Source: Eledone cirrhosa (taxonomy: Eukaryota). From it: DNA of 64,000 bases. Made by a program: the position numbers and the translations under genes. The stretch's first letter is position 1. Each line of letters begins with the position of its first letter. Of this stretch, positions 1-13,730 are shown piece by piece. The notes under the pieces were generated by a model. It made no database searches. It was not told where the DNA came from and saw only the letters and a list, made by a program, of their open reading frames with translations. Location: the NCBI GenBank assembly GCA_964016885.1, contig OZ024750.1, positions 2,666,001 through 2,730,000 on the forward strand, written 5' to 3'.

Positions 1-471
1 TATACTACACAAAGTTCCCAGACATACAAAATAGCTATTTGTGTGTATTGATAACATTTCAGGTGTTTTTCAACTTTCATCAAAGGAGGTTCATATTGGA
101 AATTTATACATTAGAAACAAGTTTTAAACCAACAGTATATCTGGGTTAAACTTGTACCACTCCTTATTTATGGTTCACTCCTGTTAGATGTAAATCAATT
201 TAGAATTATACATTGCATATACATTTTATCTAAAATATAAAAATTAATTATACATAAATTATTGTTTAGTTTTAATAAATAAATCAATTCTTTCTTGTCA
301 CACTTTCGAACATAATTTGAGAAAATTAATATCTGAATCTAATTTTCCATGCAATATTCTCTATTTATCCCAAATTCTCATGTATTTAGAGAATATTAGG
401 TGGACTGCAATGTTAAAACTTAAACTTTTATTTACAGACACTGGAGTATAAAACTCTATTTCTTATTGTAG

Positions 472-845
472 GTATGATGTCTGTTGGACTTCAGAATTCT
501 ACCTATCCAAACCTCATGCAAATGAGTTCTGCACCATTGCCCCAGTATCAGATGTATGGAGCTGCTGCTGTACAACAGATGCAAGCAATGAATATGTCAG
601 GAGCAAGCTACAGCCAAGTGCCCTACTCACAGCAACACAAATATTTAGATAAAGATCTAAAGTACTCAGATGTTTATATGATGTCAGCAGCAAATTCTTC
701 TAACATGCCTATGGTTGGAAATCCGATGACATGCATGCAAGTGAAGAACAACCCCAGTGCTCCAATGTACACCTACAACAGCCAGGGTATGCCTGTTGCT
801 TATTCATCAGCCAGTAAGAACAACATGTCAGGCTCTCGTAAGTAA
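472..845 (+). CDS. Terminal coding exon of an unidentified gene (Met/Gln/Ser/Tyr-rich low-complexity C-terminus)
   Basis: Pyrimidine-rich acceptor tttcttattgtag| at 471; open frame to TAA at 843-845; more GC-rich than flanks; AATAAA at 863-868 and ~1449. Confidence 0.7.
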
Positions 846-2639
846 AGGCATACTCAGATGGAAATAAACTCCGCCTATAATTCAGTCTCATTGGAAAATT
901 TACAAATCCAATTCATATTTCATTAATGTTTGTAATGGGTTTTCCGTGACAATTTTTTTAAACAAAAGTCTATGTTGATTAATTTCATTGTCTTTCGAGT
1001 ATATTTACATATTAAGTAGATTTCAATCCAGACACATTTCAGTTTGTTTATTTGCTTTACCAAAGAACCCTATCTTTAAAAGAAAACAAGTGACAAAACT
1101 ACAGTTTTTGTATTAACTTAGTTGATTAAATATTGTTTTTAAAATTCTTTGCCATTTCTTTTCTTTTTTAGTATACATATATGTGTGCATGTATCTACGA
1201 ACAGGAAGAAGCAAAGTCACTATAATTTTAGAATTTAGGATCTTTCTATGTATCATTTTGATAAATGAGACTTAACCACATCTACTTATGGCATTTGTTC
1301 TCTAAGTAATTTATTTTATTAGCTTGTCAGAAAGGCAGTGTTAATGAAATTTCCAAGTCAGCGTGGAAGGTATGATTGGATAAAGTGTTTAGTACATTTG
1401 TATGGGTGGGTGCTGGATCATGGTAGCATGCAGTTTGCTACTTCAGAGAATAAACTGCATCTGGATCATATTGTGATATTGAGGAATGAACTTTTGTCAA
1501 TTAAGAATATATATTTTCACGTTGTCTTTGATGTTTGAATATGTAGCAGTACTCTTGAGTTTTAGCAATTGATTGGAAGAGCCTAGTTTATATATGTAGT
1601 CGCTTAGTCTTTGTAACTTTTGAGGGTTTTACTTGTATTGTTAAGGCATAGAGTTGTCAGGGCTTTTTTTGAAATGTGTAGAGGTTATCTCTTGTGTTAA
1701 GGTTGCATGTGATAGATTAAGGAGGGAGAGTGTAGAAGGCAACTAAATTTCAGGTACACAAGAGGGAGCCCACATTGCAATACAAACGATGAGAGACGGG
1801 TTTGATTCTCATGCTGACATCAAGAGTAACCTGGCTTTTGTCAGAATATTCAAAAGTCTCAAATTTTACCATGGGAACTATTACTGAGAAAGAGATGAGA
1901 TTGTCTACAGCTGCCTCCGTTATTAAACTATAACAATTTTGTGATAAGTCAGTAGATTCAGTTAGTCTTTGTGAGAACGAGGTACACTATAGATATTTGT
2001 AGAGAGGAAGATCAGAGTTTTTGGCAAGGATAAAAGTTACCCCTGAGCTGCACTGCTTCAGTGTATGTAAGCAATCTGAATTTTTTTTTTCACTTGGCAA
2101 CTATTTGTGTGTGGTAGTGAAATTGGGCAGCATATGAAGTGTCTTTATTGAATAATACCTAGAATTTTTTAAATGTAATTTCTCCTGCAAATTCAATCAT
2201 TTCTTTGCTGTGCATCTGCAGCAACATCATACATATGCAGTACAATGAAAACCCTTGTAAGAATTTAGGAAGTACCTGTCACATTACAAACTTTAATTTC
2301 ATATCTAATTCATCTCATAAAATATATTAACCCTTTCATTACTGTATTTATAATGAGATATACTCTTTCTATTAATGAATTTGTTACTAACTTAACATAT
2401 GGTTCTTGTATATGGAGGAATTGTTTGAAATGGGTGGTTTTCTTTCATAGAACTAGGGCTGGGTTGGTACCAAAAAGGTTAATATAATTCCTAATTCCAG
2501 CTTTCTTGTAGCTAACAGGAACAATTAAAAATAGAATCTAGCATTTATAAATACAAAGAAGAAAAAAATTAAAACATTTGTATAGTTTTTAAAGAATAGA
2601 AATATAGGTTTTAACAAAATATTTAAGAATTATACTTAC

Positions 2640-2833
2640 TTCGGCACGGCTAAGGGTTATTGCTGCCAAATGATTGGGATATTTTAACTGAAGAAGTCTG
2701 TGTAGGAATGAATCAAGGTGTAGACCACCTAAATTTAGACGACGGCAGTTCTCAGCAACAATTTGACCATTTATAAAGGGAATCACATGAGTTGTTTGAT
2801 AACCGCAATCAACAATTAAAGCATTTGCTGATT
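2640..2833 (-). CDS. ACTR5: ARP5 coding exon 6 ([23 protein letters not shown]...[19 protein letters not shown]); gene incomplete in this window
   Basis: cttatag| acceptor, |gtaagt donor; LLQLKYP.H..AITLSR.E motif of ARP5. Confidence 0.92.
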
Positions 2834-3815
2834 CTATAAGAAAAAAAATAAGGAAAAGCCTGTTAATGTATGAATTAGATTTAAACAAATTAAACATTCA
2901 GTATCAATTTTTACATGGAAAATTATTTGTAATTTCTTTTTCCTTCAACAGTGGATCAATTCAAAAAATTGTTTAGTCCCATGATAAAGCATATTTATTT
3001 TTCAAATTTGACAAACTCTTGGCTATTTTATTCAGGCATTTTTAAGACAGTAAGGCAGAGCATTCCAAACTTTTTAATAAACAGTGAACTGTATGTCGAG
3101 TTGTCACATCGCAAAAGTATACTTCATAGCCAAATATAAAAATTGAAACCTTTGCAGTAATGTGTTGGAGATTTAGCTGTTACTTCTAGCAGGTTAAATG
3201 ACGATGTTGAAACTGGATTCTAAGGATTAATATTGTTAGTAATTTAGAGATCATGGAACTATAAAACAAAACAAGCGTTTTGCCTATGTTAATATCTAAG
3301 TAGTAAAAAAAAAAAAAAGTGATGTCAAGGGAAATAATATTAGATACGTATAAGCTATTTAGGGATATTATATAATGCTGCTCAATAATGAAGCTAATAT
3401 GGGGATTACTAACAGTTTGCAATTTTACAGTTTTAAAATCTTTGTTTTTCTTGTATATCATGTGCAGTATCCTCTTTTTTCTCTTTTTTAAAGGAATTTA
3501 TCCCACCAGTAGGGATCCTTATCAGTAAAGGTATGACACCAAGGATAAGTATTTATATTTGAGTTGGAACTGGAATTCATAGATGGAAAGATGTGACAAT
3601 TTAGACCCATCCTGAGCTATTCAACGCAGTAAATACCAGTTTAAAAAGTAATTTCCCAAAATTTCTATTATCTTTCTTCCGGAGATGGACACATAAATAC
3701 ATACCTGGCTTTTCCAATAAAGATCTATCTCTTCCTGTTGCAGAAAAATTATTCACAATATTGTAATTATACTAATAAAAATTACTAAAATATTTTGAAT
3801 GCGTTTTTAGAGTAC

Positions 3816-3911
3816 CTGGTTTGGGGTGATTTTTGTACAAGCTGAACAGTGCATCATTGCCATAAGAAACTTTAGGAACATGATAACATTCAAATAATAA
3901 CTCGGACATTT
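3816..3911 (-). CDS. ACTR5: ARP5 coding exon 5 ([32 protein letters not shown])
   Basis: tttcag| acceptor, |gtact donor, phase 1/1; MSELLFECY motif. Confidence 0.92.
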
Positions 3912-4431
3912 CTGAAATGAAAACAAAAACATTCTTTTTACATTAACAAAAAGCCATCAGTTTGCTTTTCTAAAAAAAGCATATTGTCTTAATTTAATTA
4001 TTGCACTTTTTAGCTACAAAAACTAAGATCATGAAAGATATCCAGTTATAAATTATCTGATCTAATAATTTATAAAAAGGTTTAAATATATATATGTCAA
4101 AAAACCAAGCTAACATTGACAATGATCAGGGCATTTCACTGAAAACTATTGCCATAGTTACAGACATGCCAAGCAAATGATGCTAATTCTTTCTATAAAT
4201 CATTTTAGTAGTGAACAGATATGGATAAAATGATGTGTTGAAATGATATACAATCTGTGCTTAGTGTAAGGAACTAAAAAGAAGCATGATGATGATGAGC
4301 TTTAGTGCTACTTTGAGATGAGTGAAAAAAATTGAAAGATATCACAACAGATCTAATGGTTTGAATTCACACTGGTTTCTGTAATTTAGAGTTGAACAGT
4401 TCAAACAGCACCACTTAGTATAGCTCTTGTT

Positions 4432-4602
4432 TTAACCCTTTTCATACCAACCCAGAAACTGCCCCTTTATAATTCTATGTAAGAACTTTTTGTTGTTTCA
4501 AACATCAACTTGATCAAGTTATACTAAATTCCTCCAAATGTCATTTTCAAATTAATTGAAACAGAATGTCTTACATTAGAAATATGGTAACGAAAGGGTT
4601 AA
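4432..4602. mobile_element. Second, older TTAA/CCCTTT MITE family (also ~2327-2482, 49605-49808, ~55830-55997)
   Basis: ttaacccttttcatacc ... ggtaacgaaagggttaa termini. Confidence 0.6.
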
Positions 4603-4695
4603 ATATAAATTAATTTTGTCCTCAATGACAATGGTAAATTGAAAATTTAATTAAGAACATGAAGGAATAAAGTAAAATAATGAAATGATTCTCAC

Positions 4696-4807
4696 GTTGT
4701 CTGCAATAATTTGGATTACACAAAGCTTCAGACATAACAATGGGATGATCCACACAACTTTCTGTGTCAATACCCAAATGGTTAAAAATGTAGTCGAACA
4801 CTTGTTC
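4696..4807 (-). CDS. ACTR5: ARP5 coding exon 4 (EQVFDYIFNHLGIDTESCVDHPIVMSEALCNPNYCRQ)
   Basis: ttttcag| acceptor, |gtgag donor; HPIVxxEAxCNP motif. Confidence 0.92.
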
Positions 4808-6839
4808 CTGAAAAAGAGAAAGAACTGTCTAATTTGAAGTGTTCATCATTGTCATCAGTTCTAGGCTGCACAGGTTGTTACAGACCAACTGTCCTCCTTA
4901 TCTACTTCAGTTGGATGCCCATCCAAACACCAGCCACTTTTCAGAGTGCACTAGGAAGTGTCCTCTCAACCTTTTGTTTGACATGGTTTCTATATAAATT
5001 AAAGTTTTCCATCATAATTTTATGTAAGAACCTATGTTGCATTCCAAATACCACTGGCATGGTAGTAAAAGACATAATTTTCAAATAAATATCAAACTTT
5101 CTAAAGTGGTTGATGAAAGGAAGGGCATTTAGCTGTAGTAAACCTCCAAAACAAAGGGTCAGGAAGACTCTTCAGCTATGCCAACCTCCCTAGTATTGGT
5201 TCCACAATAAAATGCACTTGATAAAGCATGGGTTTGTAAGTCAGAGGACCTGTTTGAGTACTGACCAGTCCGTGAAGTGATAACATGTACAACCGTTAAA
5301 CAATGATGGTTTCAGCATTGCTTTCTAGGAAAGAAACAAGAAATATTTCACAAATGATTTGCAACAATGGAGAGTGATGGTATGGAAGTGGTATCAGGAC
5401 TAGCAAATGTAAGATCAGTCAGTTGGAATTACTTAACTCATCAGAAAGTAATCTCTACATGCACTTGATAGGTTACAAAGTTTTGCAGAGCAGGAATGAA
5501 TATCTATGCTATGAAGACTGAGACATAGTGCACTCAGTAATGTGCTGGTGGTAGTGCCAAGAAAAAATGCAACCAGTAAACTCTGAAGTGGTTGGTGTTA
5601 AAAGGGGCATCTAGCCATGCAAGATATAAATGTGATGCAGGTAGTCTGACCATGAGAGCCTGTTCAATACTTGTAATATGAGTGTGTTTTGCTAAAGTCA
5701 TCCACATAAAAGACAGCTGCAGTAGTACTTCAAAGAGATTCAACCACACCAAGTAGTTCTGCAAGGTGTTGGAAATCAACAGTTATTCAACGAAGCTAAC
5801 AGTTGCTTCTTAAAAATTCCACCAGCACTAACTGCAGGGGTGGTCTCAATATCCCACTAGCTCACTCAGGAACCTCCATGTGACAACCCTACAATGTGGA
5901 GAACATGTGCTCTCTGAGCACCAGTCAATACAGTTTATTGCTTGCGTGTGTACATGATTTACCAAATATAGTGCAACAAAGGCTATATCGGCAACATGAT
6001 TTGACCCTGCACATCAGGATAAAAGAATGTGTCGCCATGAATTCCTCATTATTCCAGAAACCCATCCTTAAATGCAGGAACAAGGACTAGAGCCTAACCA
6101 TCACCATAATAGGCAGAGACTGAAACAAAGGAACCCTAAATTCAAGGAAGCACTACTAATAAAACAATGAAAACCACCCATTAACAATAGACTGGAATAG
6201 AATCAAAGGCCCAATAGTTAATTTAATCTGGTCACCTAAACCATACAAACAATACAGCAACACACCACTTTACAGTAACTGGCATTTATGGATCTGAAAA
6301 GGGGCCTTTGATGGAGTTCCCTACTGTTATCTGGTAGGTGCTAGGGAAGTTATGTTTGGATAAGCAAGATGTCAGGGCTATATGTCGAGGTGAAACTAGC
6401 AGGGGCTGAGAATTGGCAGTGGACATTGTAGTCCACTTCTGTTTCTTGATGTTCTTCAGGCCATCACAGTAGTTTAGAACTGGCCCACCATGGGAACTTC
6501 TGTGTACTGATATGATCCTTATAGCTGAATCCCAGAGAATAGTGTTTCTATATTGGACAAATTACTTCTAGAGAGAGATTGAATCTTTAACTGTGGCACC
6601 ATGTTGAGAGACTAAATTTGCTGGGTTTACATACAAATACAATCCAATAATTATTTCCCATAATTCTGCTAAATTAGATTTTAATTTATTCAGAACAGTA
6701 CCATTTAAAAAAAATTTATAATTGAAAAGAATGGAACAACATTTGAAATTTTCTAATTTACAAAATACTACAACTTCATAAAATTGACATAAAAAAAGGT
6801 AATATTATTATGAATATATATGATTCATTATTGACTTAC

Positions 6840-6944
6840 CTGAACATCATATTGTGTAACCACATTTCGGTCAAATTGAGTTCGAAGAATCCAGCGCACA
6901 ACTTCTAAGTTACTAATATCATTTCCTACTTGCAGTTCAGATTC
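6840..6944 (-). CDS. ACTR5: ARP5 coding exon 3 ([35 protein letters not shown])
   Basis: atacag| acceptor, |gtaagt donor, phase 0/0; VGND...RW.LR..FDRNV motif of ARP5. Confidence 0.92.
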
Positions 6945-7479
6945 CTGTATACAATTAAAGATGCAATTTGTTTTAAATATATTTCTATAGATAATAATTG
7001 TTTCTACTTTGGCACAAAGCCAGCAATTATCCCAGTGCATTACTGGTACTTTATTTTATTGACCTCATAAGGATAAAAGGCAAAGTTAACTAATAATATA
7101 GAATCAACTGTAAATATAAATTAAACTGAAACATTTTTATAGAGAGCAATATACTGTATATGTTACTCGAATATGATCTGAAACCCCTATTTTATGTCTG
7201 AGAAATAGGTGAAAATCTAAACCCCATTTATAAACCGAGGCAGCTAATCAACACATTGTTTAGATGGTATATAGAAGCCAACATTTCATTTTACCAACGA
7301 TATATTGGTTACGTATTTACAATATATGTGATCGTTATACACTGTCAGAGATAAAAGGAAAAACTTATTGTTTGAAACAGTTGCTAAGATAATATGTTTT
7401 GTTTATTTTTATAAATTTTAATCAGATTTTAAACTGCTGGGATGTTTTTTTAAAAAAAGTATAGGTTATTTAAAATTAC

Positions 7480-7568
7480 CTTCTTCCCTCTCTGTTTAGC
7501 AGTCACATTTTTGAAGATGAGTTGTGGTTTATCCATTGAGGCCCAGCCAGCACGGCATTGATAAGAAC
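7480..7568 (-). CDS. ACTR5: ARP5 coding exon 2 ([30 protein letters not shown])
   Basis: tttcag| acceptor, |gtaatt donor, phases consistent; GSxxCRAGW motif typical of ARP5. Confidence 0.92.
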
Positions 7569-7699
7569 CTGAAATATTACATAAATATATCTTGTTTATT
7601 TAATAATTCAGTAAAGAAAAGGTCAATTCTCTTTTATGAAATAAGTTGATTATACTTTGAATTTTTGATGCTGATAAGAAGGTAGCTTGGAAGTGTCAC

Positions 7700-9750
7700 T
7701 ACGAGACTACTAAATGAGGAGAATAAATGGCAATAAGATAGTCTGCCCCAAATCGATACAATAGAGGGACCAGAAGTGCAAGTTAAAGGTAGTGCAATAA
7801 GTAAAGCAATCAAAGATACGAATACAAGCAAGGCAGCTGGGCCTTTGGAGATAGTTGCTGAAATGCTGAAAGCATCTGGAATGGTGGGACACACTATGGT
7901 CACCTGGATAGTAAACCAAGTCATACAGAATGGGGTCATACCAAATGACTGGCGTAGCAGCATCATCATCATTAACTGCTACAAGGGTAAAGGAGATCCC
8001 CTAGATAGGGGAAACTATAGAGGCATTAAATTGGTTGACCAGGTCATGAAGGTCACAGAAAGAGTTATAGTGCAACTAATCAGAGAGCGAATTTATCTAG
8101 ATGAAATGCAGTTTGGGTTTGTGTCAGGTAAAAGTACCACAGATGCTCTTCCTTGTACGACAACTACAGGAGAAGTACCTAGCTAAAAGTAGACTCCTAT
8201 ACTTAGCTTTTGTTGACTTGGAGAAAGCCTTTGACAGAGTCCCTCGCTCCATTATCTGGTGGGCTCTTAGAAAACTAGGTGTTGTAAGAGCTTGTAAGAG
8301 CTATGCAAGGTTAGAATTAACAACGAATATAGTGAAGAATTTAGCATAAAAGTTGGTGTTCATCAAGGCTCTGACTTTAGCCCCTCTTATTTATTATTGC
8401 CCTTCAGGCTATAACAGAGGAGTTCAAGACTGGCTGCCCATGGGAACTTCTATACGCAGATGATCTAACTCTCATAGCTGAATCGATGGCTGAACTAGAG
8501 AAGAAATTCCAAACATGGAAGCATGGCCTAGAATCAAAAAGCCTTAAAGTTAACTTGTCTAAGACAAGTTCTAGTATGTAGAAAGGAAAATAGGGTACAG
8601 GTACTCTCTGGGAAATGGCCATGCTCAGTGTGTAGGAAAGGAGTAGGCAGAAATTCCATATGTCCCAAATGCAAACTATGGGTACATAAAAGATGTAGTG
8701 GGATCACAGGTAAACTAAGAACGTAGATTTTATATGTGGCCGATGCTCAGCTGCAATAAGTGGTAAGTGCCTACAGGATACTAGCTCCTATTGCCCAGAT
8801 GGTTCTATAGAAATAGTGGACGCCTTCTGTTACCTGGGTGACAAAATCAGCAGTGGTGGAGGGTGCTCTGAAAGTACGGTAGCCAGAGTCAAAATGGGTT
8901 GGAAAAAGTTCAGAGAGCTTATACCACTATTGGCCACTAAAGGTTTCTCTAAAAATGAAAGGCAGATTATATGATGCCTGTATACAAACAGCAATGTTAC
9001 ATGGCAGTGAGACATGGGCTTTGTGTGCAGAGGATCTGTGCAGACTGGAGAGGGACGAAGCATCCTTGCTCCGTTGGATCTGTATTAGTAATATACGCGA
9101 ATGGCAAAGCATAAATGAACTAAGTGAGAAATTAGGAATAAGAGGGATCAGATGGTCTTTACTTGAGAGAAGACTATGTTGGTATGGTCACGTGATGCGC
9201 ATGAAAGACAACAGCTGTATAAAAAAGTGTAGGGCGATCAAAATTGATGGAAGTTACGGAGTAGGCAGACCCAGAAAAACCTGGGACGATGATAAATTCC
9301 GACCTTACGCCTCTCTAAGACAATGTCACCCAGTAATACAGACGACCCGCCTTGCCTATGTACAAAGCGAAAGCTACATTCAGTAGGCACCTCTTAACCA
9401 AATATACACCCCCATCCCACTACCCCTACTCCACTCCCACCAACACCCTCTCTCTGTAAAGTTATGTTGGTACCACAACATCCAGTCCAAAATAAATGAG
9501 GTCCTGTAGGTGTCACGACAAAAAAACAGTCCACGCTGTAATGTGGCCGTGTAGGTAACACGGTAAAAACACCCAGTCCACACTGTAAACATGGTTGGTG
9601 TTAGGAAGGGCATCCAGCCATAAAAAAACATGCCAGACAGTCCTATACGAGCGAGACATGGTCTCCCGCCCAATCTTGCCTCAAGTAGGACAATTCCCGT
9701 CTAAACCCATTCTAGCGTGGAAGATAGACGTTAAACAATGATGATGATGA
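7700..9750 (+). mobile_element. 5'-truncated, frameshifted RTE-clade LINE with 3' tail, in ARP5 intron 1
   Basis: KAAGP, KGKGD..DRGNYRGIKL, QFGF, AFVDLEKAFDRVPR, GVHQGS, LLYADDL, ERRLCWYGHVMRM and GRPRKTW motifs; ends in (gat)n. Confidence 0.92.
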
Positions 9751-10559
9751 TTACTCTATATTTTCAATTGTATTTTCACGGTAAACACTTTATCTCACAT
9801 AATATCGAATCTATGAGATTTTGATATTATTTATTTTGAGAACAATACTTTAACGCCGGTATGAGCAGCTGGTTACAGCCAGTTTGAACAGAAAAAGGAG
9901 AGAGAATTCTGGCTGGATACAGCTGGTTTAAATGCTAAAGGGTTAATTCATGCCTTCTTCAAAGATATTAACAACAAATATAAACAGAAATAGTTTTAAT
10001 TGAGAATCAAAACTGACATGGAATGAGCTAATCAAGAAGTTACTATGAAACAACAATTCTAGCTGCTTATGGAATCATTTAAGAAAACTTTTTCACTCTA
10101 AATATGGTTGGCATTAGGAAGGGCATCTAGGTGTAGAGACCAAGCCAGAAACTGTTCTGTGTGAACAAGATACAGTCATTTGGTCTGACTTGTCTCACAA
10201 ATCATCTAACCCATACTAGCATAGACAATGGGTGTTAAAGAGTGATGATGATGATGATACAACATATACAGAAATTTGATAATTTAAACAATAGAAAAAC
10301 CTCGAAAAATGATGGGGCTTCTTGGGAAGTATCTAACTACCCAGGAAATTTATGTTGCTCATAGAGACAGATGCCAATTCCCAAGTGAGATATGGGTCCA
10401 TTATCTTCTTTTTTTTAAATAACAGACACTATGAAAAAAAGATAAGAGCTTAGAGGTGTTTTATTGGCTCCTGTGATGCTAATTCCATGATAAAACCAAC
10501 CAGTTTACTGTAATAACAGTTAACAAAAGACAGCCAAATATGGAATAATAAAATCTATT

Positions 10560-11218
10560 AAATGTGCAATGTAAATGTGAGAGAAAAGTAGAGCTTGGAT
10601 GAACTGAGGGAGAAACTTGGTTTAAGAGGAATCCGAGGTGGTGTGCAAGAGAGAAGACTGCATTGGTATGCACATGGATGATGATTGCTAGGTGAAGAAG
10701 GAGAGAAGACTGCATTGGTGTGGGCATGTGATGCACATGGATGATGATTGCTAGGTGAAGAAGGAGAGAAGACTGCATTGGTGTGGGCATGTGATGCACA
10801 TGGGTGATGATTGCTAGGTGAAGAAGGAGAGAAGACTGCATTGGTGTGGGCATGTGATGCACATGGGTGATGATTGCTAGGTGAAGAAGGAGAGAAGACT
10901 GCATTGGTGTGGGCATGTGATGCACATGGGTGATGATTGCTAGGTGAAGAAGGAGAGAAGACTGCATTGGTGTGGGCATGTGATGCACATGGGTGATGAT
11001 TGCTAGGTGAAGAAGGAGAGAAGACTGCATTGGTGTGGGCATGTGATGCACATGGGTGATGATTGCTAGGTGAAGAAGTGCCAGGAAAACCCAATGATAG
11101 GAAGTTGCAGTAAAGGAAGACCTGGGCAGAAGTGGTGAGAGCTGATCTTAGGTCACTGAGACTCACAGAGATGACGAAGGAAGATGGTAAGTGGAGAGAT
11201 GCTGTGCTGAGAAGGATA
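10560..11218 (+). repeat. RTE 3' fragment with a 63-bp tandem array (6 full units plus 1 partial); left arm of an inverted repeat
   Basis: Unit gagagaagactgcattggtgtgggcatgtgatgcacatgggtgatgattgctaggtgaagaag starts at 10701, 10764 ... 11016 and translates as ERRLHWCGHVMHMGDDC*VKK. Confidence 0.9.
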
Positions 11219-11413
11219 TGTCCAAGCCATGCGCTGCATTAACAATGAAAGTATGTTATACTGGGGCTCCACCTAGTAAAGAGTTATACCCAAACCAGAA
11301 ATCAATCTCACTGCTCTCTTGTATTGCTAATTGGTTTTAAGATAGAGGATATTATACTTATACTAGTTTCAGTAATTAGACTCTGGCCAGGAGAGGAGGG
11401 GGTACCTTAAAGG

Positions 11414-12026
11414 TATCCTTCTCAGCACAGCATCTCTCCACTTACCATCTTCCTTCATCATCTCTGTGAGTCTCAGTGACCTAAGATCAGCTCTCACCAC
11501 TTCTGCCCAGGTCTTCCTTTACTGCAACTTCCTATCATTGGGTTTTCCTGGCACTTCTTCACCAAGCAATCATCACCCATGTGCATCACATGCCCACACC
11601 AATGCAGTCTTCTCTCCTTCTTCACCTAGCAATCATCACCCATGTGCATCACATGCCCACACCAATGCAGTCTTCTCTCCTTCTTCACCAAGCAATCATC
11701 ACCCATGTGCATCACATGCCCACACCAATGCAGTCTTCTCTCCTTCTTCACCTAGCAATCATCACCCATGTGCATCACATGCCCACACCAATGCAGTCTT
11801 CTCTCCTTCTTCACCTAGCAATCATCATCCATGTGCATCACATGCCCACACCAATGCAGTCTTCTCTCCTTCTTCACCTAGCAATCATCACCCATGTGCA
11901 TCACATGCCCACACCAATGCAGTCTTCTCTCCTTCTTCACCTAGCAATCATCACCCATGTGCATCACATGCCCACACCAATGCAGTCTTCTCTCCTTCTT
12001 CACCTAGCAATCATCACCCATGTGCA
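11414..12026 (-). repeat. Inverted copy of the RTE fragment and 63-bp array (7 full units plus 1 partial); right arm
   Basis: Near-perfect reverse complement of ~10650-11218. Confidence 0.9.
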
Positions 12027-12155
12027 ACACAGACCCACACCAAAAATTAAAACCTTTCACTGCCATTTATTGACAGAGTGACTGACTTGAAAAATACTGT
12101 TTATATTATGCTACATAAAATGAAATGTTTATAAACTACTAAATTCAAAGCCTAC

Positions 12156-12285
12156 CATTATCAATAACCAATGGAATGGCACTTTCCCTTAAACCTGAAG
12201 GATATGTGTAAACAGAGTCAGGAACAGGGCGATCATCTTTAAAGGAAAAAACATTCTCTTCCTCCTCTTCTTCATCAGCTGACAT
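12156..12285 (-). CDS. ACTR5: Actin-related protein 5 (INO80 subunit), coding exon 1 (MSADEEEEEENVFSFKDD...IPLVIDNG)
   Basis: ATG at 12285; actin-fold motif VIDNG/S; donor G|GTAGG (phase 1); acceptor ctttcag| at 12299 implies an upstream 5' UTR exon. Confidence 0.9.
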
Positions 12286-13546
12286 TCTTAGTTATAAACC
12301 TGAAAGATATTAAAAAAATAAATTCAGAGTTAATTTCTACAAATATATAGAATCAAAATAAAAGGGGATGAGCAATTCTTATAAACCGGATATTAAAATA
12401 TGAAATTATAAACTTGCACAAAGGGAAATATTTTGATATAATTAATCCTTTCAATTTGTAAATTTGTTAAAATATAAATTATATCAAGTTTTAATAAACA
12501 TAGCCATGAAAATTCTAGAAAACAGAAATAATTTCATTTCTTTTATCTTTTTTATAAATAACATATATCTTAATATAACTCCCAATATATCTATCATGTA
12601 TAGAAAAAACACATAGTGCTCCCAAAACAATGTAGATCTTATAATGTAATCTAATCTACATGTAAGCATATACACACAAAATACAGGTGGAAATACAAAT
12701 ATTTATGTAAATTTAAATTTGTATTTATATGTTTATTATACATAAATATGTCATATATGCCTTATACACCTTATACACATTGTGTTTTTGAGACTGCTAA
12801 TTAATTCTAGCTGGTCTAAAATATGCAAATAAGCATTGCCAGCCATGTTTTAGTTGCACTGTATGCGCATGAGTATCTCCAGCTTATGTTTCATATACAA
12901 GAAACATATATAAGTGATAAGCTATAAGCTTATTTTTTCTAAATACTGAGTAAATAAATGACGGATCAGATAAAATATCCAGAAACATGTGTCTGACATT
13001 CTCATATGGATACTGAGATAGCTGTGACATGATCACAATTTTAAATATTCATAGTGAAACTCTTGTATCGTATATACCTTCATATACACCTCTATTGTGA
13101 ACCACACCATGTTAGTGCTACTGCAAATTAATATTTATACAAATATTAATATTTGTATTTCCACATACATTTTGGATGTATATTTTTACCTAAATTGTGA
13201 CATCTGTTAATGTACATAAAAATATTAAAGTATCTAATATCACAAAACTCACTGAATGCAGAAGGCTGTTTTCATTGATATGTGTATTAACCCTTTACCA
13301 TTTACATTACTCTATATATACTATTGTATTTTCAAGGTAAAGGATTTACTTCACATAATATTAAATCTATGAGATTTTGATATTATTTATTTTGAGAACA
13401 ATACCTTAACATAGGTAAGAGCAGTCGGTTTAAACAGAAAAAGGTGAGAGAATTCTGGCCAGATATGGCTGGCTTAAACATCTCCCTAATTCACACACTT
13501 ATACCTGTACTTATAATTTAACATTCACATAAACAAATAATGGGGC

Positions 13547-13730
13547 TTGACTGGCTGCTTCCTTTTCATGCCAGTCGCCATCGAGACCTCTGGTGTCCTT
13601 GGTCCCTGCACTGCCAATTTGCTCCGCAAAACCGGAAAGACAGCAGCCTGCTCGAGGAAGGGGCATTGGGCAAAGAGGTTGTTGGCCATTCTCCATGGCA
13701 ATACCTTCACCATTCTGTCTGTAGGACACA
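13547..13730 (+). mobile_element. CRE-like non-LTR retrotransposon C-terminal (restriction-like endonuclease) fragment
   Basis: FMPVAIETSGVLGP...LLRKTGK...RLLAILHGNTFTIL resembles the CRE-clade F.P.A.ET.G..G...QRLS.A.QRGNA. Confidence 0.65.

Noticed and set aside
1700-2260. Candidate ARP5 exon 7
   Set aside because: The minus-strand frames I read showed no ARP5-like peptide with proper splice sites
5530-6500. GC-elevated stretch with short ORFs in an ARP5 intron
   Set aside because: Probably a very decayed retroelement; no motif could be assigned confidently
10649-12026. CRISPR-like regular array, and His/Ser-rich repeat ORFs
   Set aside because: Units are contiguous with no unique spacers, derive from an RTE LINE, and lie in a eukaryotic intron with no cas genes
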